Source: Burkholderiaceae bacterium
GTDB taxonomy: Bacteria > Pseudomonadota > Gammaproteobacteria > Burkholderiales > WYBJ01
NCBI GenBank assembly: GCA_011525945.1
Contig: WYBJ01000071.1
Coordinates: forward strand, 1-61,145
DNA: 61,145 bases
Direction of reading: 5' to 3'
Numbering within the stretch: the first letter of the stretch is position 1; each line of letters begins with the position of its first letter. Under the pieces are notes generated by a model that was given only the letters and a program-made list of their open reading frames with translations, did not search any database and was not told the origin of the DNA. Below are positions 34,383 through 45,398 of the stretch, piece by piece. The position numbers were made by a program, and so were the translations under genes.

Positions 34383-35384
34383 ATGGCGCGGCAGATCGGC
34401 GAAGTGATCCTCGAAGTGGAAGACCTCCACACGTACTGCTTCACCCGCTTCGGCACGGTGAAGGCGGTGGATGGGGTGAGCTTCAACCTGCGCCAGGGCG
34501 AGGCGCTCGCGATCGTAGGCGAATCGGGCTCGGGCAAGACGATGACGGCGCTGTCGCTGCTGCAGTTGCAGCCGCGGCCGGCTGCCCGCATCGTCAAGGG
34601 ATCGATCCGGCTCGAGGGCGAGGACCTGCTGCAGAAGACCGAGGAGCAGATGCGCGAGATCCGCGGCAAGCGCATTTCCATGATCCTGCAGGATCCGCAG
34701 ACTTCGCTCAATCCCGTATTCACCGTCGGTAACCAGTTGATCGAGGCGATCCGAAATCACCACGCCGGCGAGACCGGGCGCTCGCTGGTGCGGCGTGCTA
34801 TCGAGGGCCTCAAGCAGGTGCGCGTGGCGGCACCCGAGCGGCGGGTCGAGGACTATCCGCACCAGATCAGCGGCGGTATGAAGCAGCGCGTGGTGGGCGC
34901 CATCGCCATCTCCTGCGAGCCCAAGGTGATCATCGCCGATGAGCCCACCACATCGCTGGATGTCACCATTCAGGCGCAGTACCTGCGCCTGCTGCGCGAA
35001 ATCCAGGAGGAGACTAATCTGGCGCTGATCTTCATCACCCATGATTTCGGCATCGTCGCCAAGATGTGCGACCGCGTCGTGGTGATGTATGCCGGACGCC
35101 ACGTCGAAAGCGGGCCGGTGCGTGACATCTTCAACCACCCATCGCATCCCTACACCCAGGCGCTGCTGCGCTCGGTGCCGAGCATGGACGAGGACGTCAA
35201 GCGGCTCTACTCGATCGAGGGCCAGCCGCCGGCGCTGTGGGATCTGCCAAGTGGATGCCGCTTCGCGGCACGCTGCGAATATGCGCAGGAGCGCTGCAGC
35301 AGCGAGTATCCGCCCTCGTTTACGGTGGGCTTGAACGGATCAACCCACAGCGCGAGTTGCTGGCGGCTACGGGAAAGCACATGA
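34383..35384 (+). CDS. ABC transporter ATP-binding protein (DppD/OppD-like)
   Basis: Motifs [17 protein letters not shown] and [11 protein letters not shown], plus the C-terminal oligopeptide-type extension. Confidence 0.9.
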   Translation: MARQIGEVILEVEDLHTYCFTRFGTVKAVDGVSFNLRQGEALAIVGESGSGKTMTALSLLQLQPRPAARIVKGSIRLEGEDLLQKTEEQMREIRGKRISMILQDPQTSLNPVFTVGNQLIEAIRNHHAGETGRSLVRRAIEGLKQVRVAAPERRVEDYPHQISGGMKQRVVGAIAISCEPKVIIADEPTTSLDVTIQAQYLRLLREIQEETNLALIFITHDFGIVAKMCDRVVVMYAGRHVESGPVRDIFNHPSHPYTQALLRSVPSMDEDVKRLYSIEGQPPALWDLPSGCRFAARCEYAQERCSSEYPPSFTVGLNGSTHSASCWRLREST

Positions 35385-36355
35385 GCGCGACGCCGGTGTT
35401 GCAGGTTCGGGGCCTGAAGAAGCACTTTCCCGTCACCAAGGGATTCCTCTGGAAGAAGGTGGTCGGCTGGGTGCAGGCTGTTGACGGCGTCGACTTCTCG
35501 ATCCGGCAGGGCAAGACGCTCGCCATCGTGGGCGAGTCGGGTTGCGGCAAGACGACCACCGCGAAGCTGGTGCTGTGCTTGGAACAACCGAGCGCCGGAG
35601 AGGTTCTCGCCGACGGCAAGAACGTGCATGCGCTCGCGGGTGATGCGCTGAGGGATTACCGTACAACGGTTCAGGCGGTGTTCCAAGATCCCTGGTCGTC
35701 GCTGAACCCGCGCATGCGCGTGCGCGACATCGTCGCCGAACCGCTGGTGGTGAACCGCAAGTTTCCCGAGCGGGAGATCGAGGAACGGGTCGAGGATGCG
35801 ATGAGTCGCGTTGGTCTGCGCCGCCAGCAGGCCAACCTGTACCCGCACGAGTTCAGCGGCGGGCAGCGCCAGCGCATCGCCGTGGCGAGCGCGCTGGTGT
35901 CGAAGCCCAAGCTGATCATCCTGGACGAACCGGTTTCGGCGCTGGACGTCTCGATTCGCGCGCAGATCATGAATCTGCTGGTCGATCTGCAGCAGCAGTA
36001 CGATGTGAGCTACCTGCTGATCGCGCACCATCTGGCGACCACCCGCTACATGGCGAACGAGGTTGCCGTGATGTACCTGGGCAAGATCGTCGAGAAAGCG
36101 CCGACCCGGGAGCTGTTCGGCAATCCGCTGCATCCGTACACCAAGGCGCTCTTTTCGGCCGCGCTGCCATCGCACCCCGATATCACGCACGAAGAGATCA
36201 TTCTCAAGGGTGAAGTACCGTCACCGATCAATCCGCCCTCGGGATGCCGCTTTCATCCGCGCTGCCCGTTCGCCAAGGCCGAATGCAGTGTCGCCGTGCC
36301 TATCGAAAAGGAGATGGCGGCGGGACACGTTGTTGCGTGTCATTTGTATTCGTGA
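35381..36355 (+). CDS. ABC transporter ATP-binding protein (DppF/OppF-like)
   Basis: Motifs GESGCGKTT, FSGGQRQRI and LIILDEPVSALD. ATGA overlap with the upstream stop at 35381-35384. Confidence 0.9.
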   Translation: MSATPVLQVRGLKKHFPVTKGFLWKKVVGWVQAVDGVDFSIRQGKTLAIVGESGCGKTTTAKLVLCLEQPSAGEVLADGKNVHALAGDALRDYRTTVQAVFQDPWSSLNPRMRVRDIVAEPLVVNRKFPEREIEERVEDAMSRVGLRRQQANLYPHEFSGGQRQRIAVASALVSKPKLIILDEPVSALDVSIRAQIMNLLVDLQQQYDVSYLLIAHHLATTRYMANEVAVMYLGKIVEKAPTRELFGNPLHPYTKALFSAALPSHPDITHEEIILKGEVPSPINPPSGCRFHPRCPFAKAECSVAVPIEKEMAAGHVVACHLYS

Positions 36356-36366
36356 CGCGGAACGCT

Positions 36367-39126
36367 TCAGCCTCGCCGCCCTGCCGCGATATACAGCCTT
36401 GCGCGCACCGCTGCGTCGTCGGGGTCCAAAGGCGCATCCCCGCGAATGGCCGCAAGGCCGCGCGAGCGTTCTTCGGCGATGCCCACGCGCAGCGCCTCGT
36501 AGCTGGGATCGAGCGCCAGAGCGTCACGCCGCGCACCGCGCCACCGCTGCCAGCGCAACTGCCAGGCGTGCGGTATCGGCACCTTACGCACCGCCACCTC
36601 GGCGACCAGCAACAGCAGTGCCGCGAGGAAGAACGGCCACCACAACTGCGAGCGCAAGCCTCTTGGCTGCGCGGGCGGCGCGGTCACCACGCCCAGTGCC
36701 GCACTGGAAAGATCGAGCAGGCGCCCGCCGCCGACGCCGGCAATCTCGCTTAGCAGCCTTCGATCCACTCCCAGGTCGAGGTACTCCGAGGAATACGGAA
36801 CCGCAAGTCCGAAGGTTTTCGGCCCCACCGGAACCTGCCCGTCGCGCCCGCTCACGGTGATGTAATAGCGCCCGGCGCGAGGCACTGGGAATTCGCCGTG
36901 ATAGCGCCCGGGCGCCACTTGTTCGAGCGCCAAACGCCGCGTTTCCTGCGAGGGCTCGATCACCGCCGCCTGCAGAGCTAGGCCGTTGACGAAGCGCTCG
37001 TCCCGATCCAGCACATCGACATCGATCACGCCGCGCCCGCCATGCCACTGGAATTGCGGTACGATCGCCTCGTGGCCACGTGGACGCATGGTCCAGCGCG
37101 CGAGCTGGGCGACGAAGCGCCCGAATTGCGGCCACTCGACCCAGCGCCGACCCCAGCGCCCGGACAGATCGGAGGTGAACGCAGCGGTCTTGCCCAGGCC
37201 GTAGCGCCACGACACCAGCAGCGGGTCATCGTCGCGCGCCGCCAGCAGCACCTGGGCGGCGGGTTTCGGAAATACGCGCTGGTAGCCGCCGAGAATCGGG
37301 AAATTGTCGGCCGCCAAGCCCTGGATCGGCTCGCCCGCATGCACGAGTCGCGGCCGGATGTCACCTTCGACCACCAGATCGCGCGTGAGCGCCAGCGTCT
37401 CGCTGGTAAAGATGCGCGGAACGTTGGCGGGGTCGGCGCTGTGGTAGAAGCGGCCTTTACCGAGCGCGGCGAGCCTCGCCATCAATTGCTGGTCGGCGTC
37501 GGCTCCCATGGCCACGGTGGAGACGGTGATGCCGTCGGCGGCGATACGCTGAGCAAGACCGTCGAAATTCTTCTCGCCCTCGGTGAGGCCGTCGGAGAGC
37601 ACGATCAGGTGCTTCACCTTTGCCTGTTCGGTGCGCATGACGCGATACGCTTCTTCAAGAGCAGGGTAGATGTCGGTCCCGCCGCCGACCTTGAGGTCGC
37701 GCAGCTTCTCGGTGATCGGCCGGCGCATCGCCGCCTCGGTCGGCGGCACGATCCATTCGCGACCGCTATCGAATGCGAGGATGCCGACCCGGTCGAGCCG
37801 GTTGAGCAGATCGATCGACAGCAGCGCGGCGCGCTTGGCGATGGCGAGCTTGTCCTCGCCTTGGACCTTGGTGCCCATGCTGCCGGAGCGATCGAGCACG
37901 AAGATCACCGCGAGGCTCGGAATCCTCACTTCGGTCTTCACCTGCATGGTCACCGGCAGCAGGCGCTCCACCGGTGTGCCGAAATAGCCGCCGGCGGCAT
38001 AGCTGCGCTCGCCGCCGATCTTCACCACGCCGCCGCCCGCATCGCGGACGTAGTGTTCCAGCATTTCCATCTTCGCGAGCGAGAGATCGAACCCCGAGAC
38101 ATTGTTGAGGACCACCAGCTCGTAATCCACCAGTTCGTGCATGCTCGCCGGCAGTTGGTCGGCGCGCACCTCGTCTACCGCGAGGCCCTGCGCCCTGAGC
38201 GCAGCACTCAGGTAGCGGCCGGATTCGGCATCGCCGATCGCGTGTAATACCCTGGGCGCACCGGTCACACGCACGAACGCCTGGTAGCGGTTGTTCTCCG
38301 GCTCGCCGTCCGCGTCGGCGTTGACGATGGCCTCGAACGCGTGCAGCCCCGGCTTATCCGCCAGTTGTACGAACGAGTAGGCATTGGCGCCCGGCTCGAG
38401 CGCGATTGCACCTTCGTGCAGCAGCGCACCGTTACGCATGACGGCTAGATGGGCGCGGCCCGCCGCGCTGCTCTGAATGACCGTCCGGACGCTGAACGGC
38501 TCGTGCAGGCGCACCTGCGACGGCGCGGACAAGCTCTGCACGTAGACTTCGCGCCTCGCCGCGGGTCGTTCGAGCGCGATCGTATGAATCTGTACGCCGA
38601 GCGTGCGTGCGACGGCGGCGGCCGCACGTGCGTCGCCCTGATTCTCGCGCCCGTCGCTCAGCAGCACGATGCGCCGATCGCTCCCGGGCGGAAACGCGCC
38701 GACCGCCACCTCGATGGCACGGCCGATGTCGCTGCCCGAGCGCTGCACGTCGGCTGTGATCTGTTCGAGTGGCTCGGTGCCGCTGCGAACCAGGGATTCG
38801 AGCGCGGCCTCCGCGCCGAACACCACCAAGCCGACGCGCGCCGGGGTTCTCCGGGCGCGGTTGACGAAAGCAAGCGCCGCGGCGATCGACTCCCGGCCGA
38901 TACTGTCAGAGACGTCGAGCGCGAACACCACGTCGGTATGGCGTGCGCTGGAGCCCGCGAGCGGCCCGGCGAGGACAATTGTCAGCGCAGCGAGTGCGGC
39001 TACCCGCAGTGACCCCGCGGCCACGAACCGGAAAGTCGCGCCGCGCACGCGCCAGATGCTCACGCCGACCAGCAGCGCCGCCAGCGCGATAAGCCAGAGC
39101 CATGCCGGTTGCGCGAGCTCAGGCAT
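36367..39126 (-). CDS. large membrane-anchored double-vWA protein (Bat-type operon member)
   Basis: N-terminal TM segment. Two MIDAS motifs (FALDVSDSIG and FVLDRSGSMG). C-terminal TM segment. Confidence 0.8.
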   Translation of the reverse strand: MPELAQPAWLWLIALAALLVGVSIWRVRGATFRFVAAGSLRVAALAALTIVLAGPLAGSSARHTDVVFALDVSDSIGRESIAAALAFVNRARRTPARVGLVVFGAEAALESLVRSGTEPLEQITADVQRSGSDIGRAIEVAVGAFPPGSDRRIVLLSDGRENQGDARAAAAVARTLGVQIHTIALERPAARREVYVQSLSAPSQVRLHEPFSVRTVIQSSAAGRAHLAVMRNGALLHEGAIALEPGANAYSFVQLADKPGLHAFEAIVNADADGEPENNRYQAFVRVTGAPRVLHAIGDAESGRYLSAALRAQGLAVDEVRADQLPASMHELVDYELVVLNNVSGFDLSLAKMEMLEHYVRDAGGGVVKIGGERSYAAGGYFGTPVERLLPVTMQVKTEVRIPSLAVIFVLDRSGSMGTKVQGEDKLAIAKRAALLSIDLLNRLDRVGILAFDSGREWIVPPTEAAMRRPITEKLRDLKVGGGTDIYPALEEAYRVMRTEQAKVKHLIVLSDGLTEGEKNFDGLAQRIAADGITVSTVAMGADADQQLMARLAALGKGRFYHSADPANVPRIFTSETLALTRDLVVEGDIRPRLVHAGEPIQGLAADNFPILGGYQRVFPKPAAQVLLAARDDDPLLVSWRYGLGKTAAFTSDLSGRWGRRWVEWPQFGRFVAQLARWTMRPRGHEAIVPQFQWHGGRGVIDVDVLDRDERFVNGLALQAAVIEPSQETRRLALEQVAPGRYHGEFPVPRAGRYYITVSGRDGQVPVGPKTFGLAVPYSSEYLDLGVDRRLLSEIAGVGGGRLLDLSSAALGVVTAPPAQPRGLRSQLWWPFFLAALLLLVAEVAVRKVPIPHAWQLRWQRWRGARRDALALDPSYEALRVGIAEERSRGLAAIRGDAPLDPDDAAVRARLYIAAGRRG

Positions 39127-40978
39127 TGCCGCGGCTCCGCGCCCAGACCAACCATTCCAAGGCGAGCAACAACAGCGCGGTCGCGAGCAGGTAGGGCCAC
39201 AACGGCTGGAATCCCCGTGCGCTGGCGCTGCCGGCGTCGGCTTTCGGGTGTTGCTCGCGCGGGCTCCAGCGCCGGTTCAGATCGGATTCGCGCGCATCGT
39301 TCAGGCTCACCGCGAAATGGCGCGTCACGTTGCCGGCGCTGTAGCGATAGATGCCGGCCGTTGCCGTGGCATCGTACAGCGCCGCGCCGTCGTTGGCGGC
39401 CAGCGTATGCGCCTTGCCGGATGGCGTATGCACGATCGCCTGGCTCTCGCCCGCGGCTAGGCTGAGAGAAATCACCGATCCGGCCGCGATGTGGTTGGAG
39501 ACGCGCTCGGCGCCGCGCGGCCGCAACCACGCCAGGCTCTGGCTCACGAACAGCGGAAACGCGGTCTGACGCGGGAAATTGGAGGCGGCCAGATCAAAGC
39601 CCAGATAAACGAGCTTGCGGCTCTCGTCGATCAGCGCGAGCGCCAGATCGGTTTCGCGCGACCAGAACAGGCGTTGTAGTCCGGGGGTGCGCGGGTCCAC
39701 CGCCACACGCCGCGCGGCCTCGATGCGAACCGCGCTGAGATCGATATTGCGCATCAGCGCGCTCGGCCCGCTGGCAACGATGTCGGGTTGCGTCACACGA
39801 CCCGCAGCGGAGAACGGCAAGGCCGGCGCCACCGTGTCGAGCAGGAGGAAATTCCCGGGCGGCAACGGGGGCGGCGTTATGCCGTCGAACACGACCACAT
39901 CGAAGCTGCGGGCAAGTTGCGCGATGTCATCGTTGCCCAGGGTGTCGCGCTTGACGACATCGGTGTCGGGCAACGCCGCCAGCACGGCTTCGAGATAGAC
40001 ATTGTTGCGGCTCAACAGCAGAACGTGCAGCACCTCGGGTGCATCGAGCAGCGCAAAAGCGCGGTTGTCGGCCGCGAGGCCGTCGTTTGGCTCGATACGC
40101 GCGATCGCTTGACCGAGCGCACGACCCGTGAGCGCAAGCACCAGCGTCTGCTCGTCTTTCGCCGCGAGCGTGAGCGTACGCGCGAAAAGCTCGCGACCCT
40201 CCAAGGTCACGCTCGCCGGCACGACGAGCGGCGCATCGGTATAGTTGCGCACCGCCAGCAACACCTGGAAGCGATCCTCGACCCCATGCTCCTGGCGCAG
40301 ATCGAAGCGGGTGATGGCGACGTTTCGCGCCGGCGTACCGACGACGCGAAGGATCACCTTGGGTGAGCCGGGGTCGACTTCGGGTTCGAAGGCGCCGTCG
40401 GTCACGAAGTAGATGCGAGCGTCGCTGCGGCCGCGGATGAGGGAGAGCGCGAGTGCCAGGGCTTCGCGCGGCCGCCCTGCCTCGTCGCCGGGGCGAATCT
40501 CGCGCAGCGCCTGGCGCAGCACGCCGCGGTCGGCCTCGAAGCCGGTGCGCAGCAGCGCTCTGCGCCCGCTCGTCATCACCAGCAGACGAGCGTTCGGGGG
40601 TAGACGATCGACGATGCTGGCCGCCTCATCGAGTGCCTGATCGAAGCGCGTGCGCCCGATTCCCGAGCGGGCCTGCATGCTCGCGCTCACGTCGAGGACC
40701 AGCACGATGTCGGCTTGCTCGGTCGCACGCGTCAGCCATTGCGGGCCGGCGAGCGCAAGTCCCAGCACCAGCGCCGCGGCCAGCAACAGCAGCAGGCTCA
40801 GATTGTGAAGCAGGCGTCGCAACCCCTGCGAGCCCTCGCGCTCGCGCAATGCCGCCTGCCATAGCGCGAGCGACGAGATGAGCACGCGACGGCGCCGCGG
40901 TCGCAGCAGATGCAGTGCGAGCAGCAGCGGGATCGCCAGGAGCGAGATCAGGGCGAGCGGGTAGGCGAGCTCGATCAT
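39119..40978 (-). CDS. BatA-N-terminal-domain + vWA membrane protein
   Basis: Begins MIELAYPLALISLLAIPLLLALHLLRPRRR (aerotolerance-regulator N-terminal type). MIDAS motif LVLDVSASM. Confidence 0.8.
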   Translation of the reverse strand: MIELAYPLALISLLAIPLLLALHLLRPRRRRVLISSLALWQAALREREGSQGLRRLLHNLSLLLLLAAALVLGLALAGPQWLTRATEQADIVLVLDVSASMQARSGIGRTRFDQALDEAASIVDRLPPNARLLVMTSGRRALLRTGFEADRGVLRQALREIRPGDEAGRPREALALALSLIRGRSDARIYFVTDGAFEPEVDPGSPKVILRVVGTPARNVAITRFDLRQEHGVEDRFQVLLAVRNYTDAPLVVPASVTLEGRELFARTLTLAAKDEQTLVLALTGRALGQAIARIEPNDGLAADNRAFALLDAPEVLHVLLLSRNNVYLEAVLAALPDTDVVKRDTLGNDDIAQLARSFDVVVFDGITPPPLPPGNFLLLDTVAPALPFSAAGRVTQPDIVASGPSALMRNIDLSAVRIEAARRVAVDPRTPGLQRLFWSRETDLALALIDESRKLVYLGFDLAASNFPRQTAFPLFVSQSLAWLRPRGAERVSNHIAAGSVISLSLAAGESQAIVHTPSGKAHTLAANDGAALYDATATAGIYRYSAGNVTRHFAVSLNDARESDLNRRWSPREQHPKADAGSASARGFQPLWPYLLATALLLLALEWLVWARSRGNA

Positions 40979-41883
40979 CGCAGGTGCGCGCCCTGACGCA
41001 GGTACTTCAGCAGCACGTCCTCGAACCCGATTGCGGTGCTCGCGCGTAGATACTCCACGCCGCGCCGGCGGCAGAAGTGCTCGATTGCCTCAAGCTCGCG
41101 CTCGAGCCGCCGCCGGTAGAGCAGGCGTAACTCCGGGTCCACGGTCACTTCCAGCTCGTCGGCAGTCTCGGCATCGACGAGTTGCAACGCGCCGTCGAGC
41201 GGCGGATCGATCTCCGCCTCAGCCAAGAGCTGAATCACCACCACGTCGTGACCGCCGTAGCACAATGTCGCGATGCCCTCGCGCGCTTCGCCCACGCCCA
41301 GCAGGTCGGAGATGACGACCACGAGCCCGGGGCTGCGCGTGCAGGCGGCGAAGTCGCGCAACGCCGCGCCGAATCGCGTCACGCCGGCGCAGGGGAGGGC
41401 AGCGAGGAAAGCGAGCAGGCGTGCGATGTGCCGGCGCGACTTGGTAGCCGGCAGGCCCGCGCCCAGGCCGTCGGCAAAGGCACTCACCGCGACCCGGTCG
41501 AGATTGTTGAGCGCGATATAGCCCAGTGCCGCGGCGAGCCTGCGGGCATGATCGAATTTCGACGGTTCGCCGAATGCCATGCTGGCGCTGGTGTCCACGA
41601 TGAGGTGCAGTGTCACGTCCTCCTCGGAGGCGTGCAGCTTGAGGAACAACTGGTCCAGGCGCGAGTAGACGTTCCAGTCGATATGGCGGAAGTCATCGCC
41701 CGGCCAGTAGTGCCTGAAGTCGGAGAACTCGATCCCGCGCCCGCGGCGCGCGGTGATGCGCTCGCCGCGCAGCAGGCCGCGGAATATCTTGCGCGCGAGC
41801 AGCTCGAGCTGCTCGAGCTTGCGCAGAAAGGCGTCGTCGAAGACAGGTTCGCGCTCGGTGACGGTTGCGGCGCGCGTAATCAT
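40975..41883 (-). CDS. DUF58 family protein
   Basis: Motifs GIEFSDFRHYWPGDDFRHIDWNVYSRLDQLFLK and IVDTSASM. ATGA overlap at 40975-40978. Confidence 0.85.
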   Translation of the reverse strand: MITRAATVTEREPVFDDAFLRKLEQLELLARKIFRGLLRGERITARRGRGIEFSDFRHYWPGDDFRHIDWNVYSRLDQLFLKLHASEEDVTLHLIVDTSASMAFGEPSKFDHARRLAAALGYIALNNLDRVAVSAFADGLGAGLPATKSRRHIARLLAFLAALPCAGVTRFGAALRDFAACTRSPGLVVVISDLLGVGEAREGIATLCYGGHDVVVIQLLAEAEIDPPLDGALQLVDAETADELEVTVDPELRLLYRRRLERELEAIEHFCRRRGVEYLRASTAIGFEDVLLKYLRQGAHLR

Positions 41884-41896
41884 CGCGCTACCCCGT

Positions 41897-42894
<998 letters not shown>

Positions 42895-42898
<4 letters not shown>

Positions 42899-44499
42899 GG
42901 TTGCGCCTCGGGTGCCGCGGGCTTTTGCGCAGAGACTTGCGCGCCCTCGTTCAGGTTGAGAAAGTAGTTGCGCAGGAACGCGCTGTAGTGCTCGGGATAC
43001 TGGTCCTTGGAAAGCACCGATTCGATCTGTGCTTCGTACGCGGCTGCCAGCGGAAGCTGCCCGACATTCGGCCGATTTACGCGCGGCAATATGCGGCCCT
43101 GGGTGGTGAGCTCTGGACCCGATCGCGGCTGGCCCTGCGGCCTGAGGACCCGGCCAGGCGCATCGGCTTCGCCGCGAAGCGGCGCGTCCGCACGCCCCGA
43201 CGGCGTGCTCAAATCGGCCTGCGACCCGGCGCGAGCCGCGTCTGCGCTGCTCCGGGTCTGCATGCGTGCTTCGGCGCGGGCTTGCCCGGCGTGCTGGGCA
43301 TCGCGATCTATGCGCTCGTCATCCCAATCGATCGCGATCGAGGCGCTGTTCGGGCCAGCGGACGAGACGCGCGGACGGCCGAGGCTATCTTGCGAGCGCC
43401 GCACTTGCTCGAGCGCTTTACTCAATTCCTCGTCTTCCTTGAGCGCGCGCTCCAACCGTGCCAGCTTTTCCAGGATCGCCTTCAGCGCCTCGTCGGCTCC
43501 GGCCTGGTAGCGCTCCAGCGCGGCTTGCATCTCCTTGCGCGGGATACCTGAGCGCTCGAGCGTATCCGGGTGTTGGGTCAGCGCGTTTGCATCCGCGCGC
43601 TCAAGCGCACCTCGTTGCATGCGTTCGAGCGCGGCGCCGGGGTTGAGGCCGGCGATCGCCGAGCGCAGCGCGCGTCGCGCGGCGGCGCTCGCGCGGCTCT
43701 GCGCGGCGAGCGCGTCCGTGCGTTCCTGCTCGAGCGTGTCGCCGAGCTCGCCGAGCTGGCCAAGCGCCTGGTTGCGGCCGAGCGTCCCGCTTTGCATGCG
43801 CGCACCGAGTTGCTCGATGCGGTCGGCTTGGCGCTGGCTGCGCGGCAGTTTGTCACGTCGAGCGCGTGCCTGCATTTCGCGGCCGAATGCGCCCAGACGC
43901 TGGCCTTCACCCACCACCTGCTCGTCCGCGGCGCGAGGCCGCGGTTGCACCCCGTCGAGGTCGGCGATACTCGCCAGCAGCAGCGCTGCGGCCGCGAGCG
44001 GCGCAAGCCATCCCGAGCGGTTCACCCGCAACGGAAACACCACCGCGGCCCTGGCCGGAAGTCCGGCTCTGACGGCCTGAATGGCGAGCCGGCCGATCAG
44101 CTCCGAGCTGCCTCGATCGTGTTCGCCTTGAACGCTCATGAATTCCCATGCCGTGCTCAGTCGCTGCTTGAGCCTCAGCATCAGGTCGGCACGAATCGCG
44201 ACTTCGAGCGGGCCGGGGAGGCGGCGCGAGCCCACGATCACGGCAACGAGGAAAGCGCCGATCACCGGGCCCGCGGCAAACCATCCGAGCGGATAAGGCG
44301 AGTGCGCGAATCGAGCCGCCGCCACTGCGACCGTTCCCAGGCAAAGCCCCGCCAGCAAGCCAGCGAATGCGTAGTCGAGCAATAGCTGCAGGCGGCGTGC
44401 GCGCGTGAGGGCACGGACCGCTTGGCGCAGGCGCTCGCGCGCGGATTCCGCAGACTCGTGTCCGAACCACAGACCGGGCGTGTCGGTCGCCTGGCTCAC
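42895..44499 (-). CDS. hypothetical membrane-anchored protein with long Ala/Arg/Glu-rich coiled-coil region
   Basis: Track ORF. Two to three N-terminal TM segments. 4-nt overlaps with both neighbours (42895-42898 and 44496-44499). No domain recognised. Confidence 0.6.
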
Positions 44500-45314
44500 G
44501 TGATCGCCTCACCGAGGCGCCTGCCGCCACGCGAGGCTGCTATGGCGCGCCGGCCGCGCCGCAGCAGCACGTATATCACGAGGCCCGCGATCATGCTCAC
44601 TCCCGCGTAGAGCGCTACAAACGCCCAATGCTCCGGTATCCCGGAAAATGTGGTGCCGGCCGATGCGACCTCGCCGAGCGCGCGCGTCGTGAACACCACA
44701 TGGCTGGTGAACGGTACGAGCCAACCGACGACAGCGTATACCACGACCAGGATCGTGCGTACGATGAAATGACATTCGCTGCGATGCCGGCCGATCACAA
44801 GATAGGTGAGCGCGCCGCTCAGGCGGTAGAACAACGCCTGGAGCAGCGTTGCTGCGGCGCACCACGCAAGTGCCTGCCACTCGCCCCCGGAGATCGTGAA
44901 GGCCATCAGCAGCAGCGGTGACGATAGCACCAGCAGATGCACGCTATGAACGAGTTGACCCAGCACATAGCCGCGCACGATGCGGCCCAGGCGCAAGGGC
45001 GTTGCAAACGCCCAGTCGCGCAGTCCGTGCTGGCCCGGCAGCAGATACTCCTCGGCGCCGGCGCGCAGCGCATGGTAGGCGGTCGTGACACCCACGGTCA
45101 TGACGAGCGCGATCAAGGTATCCGGGCCATGCTCGCTCTCGAGAACCGGCCCCAGGCCGCTTTTCGGCCACCACAGAAAAAGCACCACCGCCTGAATCGT
45201 CAGCAGGACAAGATAGTCGAGCTGCGCCTTGCCTTGGCGGTTGAGGCCTCGCAGCACTTCAGTGACGAGAGGGTTGATACGCATCCTATGGAGAGTCCGG
45301 AAATCGGCTGACAA
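44496..45314 (-). CDS. hypothetical polytopic membrane protein
   Basis: Track ORF with ~6 hydrophobic segments, translationally coupled to the downstream gene. Confidence 0.6.
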   Translation of the reverse strand: MSADFRTLHRMRINPLVTEVLRGLNRQGKAQLDYLVLLTIQAVVLFLWWPKSGLGPVLESEHGPDTLIALVMTVGVTTAYHALRAGAEEYLLPGQHGLRDWAFATPLRLGRIVRGYVLGQLVHSVHLLVLSSPLLLMAFTISGGEWQALAWCAAATLLQALFYRLSGALTYLVIGRHRSECHFIVRTILVVVYAVVGWLVPFTSHVVFTTRALGEVASAGTTFSGIPEHWAFVALYAGVSMIAGLVIYVLLRRGRRAIAASRGGRRLGEAIT

Positions 45315-45320
45315 GCCTTG

Positions 45321-45372
45321 TCCCCCACACCGCCCCCCTTTCCCGCCGGGAAAGGGGTTGGGGGTGAGGGAA
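45321..45372. repeat. REP-like repeat, copy C
   Basis: Sequence tcccccacaccgc-cccctttccc-gcc-gggaaagggg-ttgggggtgagggaag. Perfect 10-bp stem at 45335-45357. Shares a 21-mer with 4114-4134. Intergenic within the minus-strand operon. Confidence 0.7.
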
Positions 45373-45398
45373 GCGCGCGTCAGGCATTTGCCGAAAGC

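Noticed and set aside
33231-35147. 638-aa minus-strand ORF
   Set aside because: It is antisense to the substrate-binding protein and ATPase genes, which have unmistakable ABC motifs. This is a typical high-GC shadow ORF.
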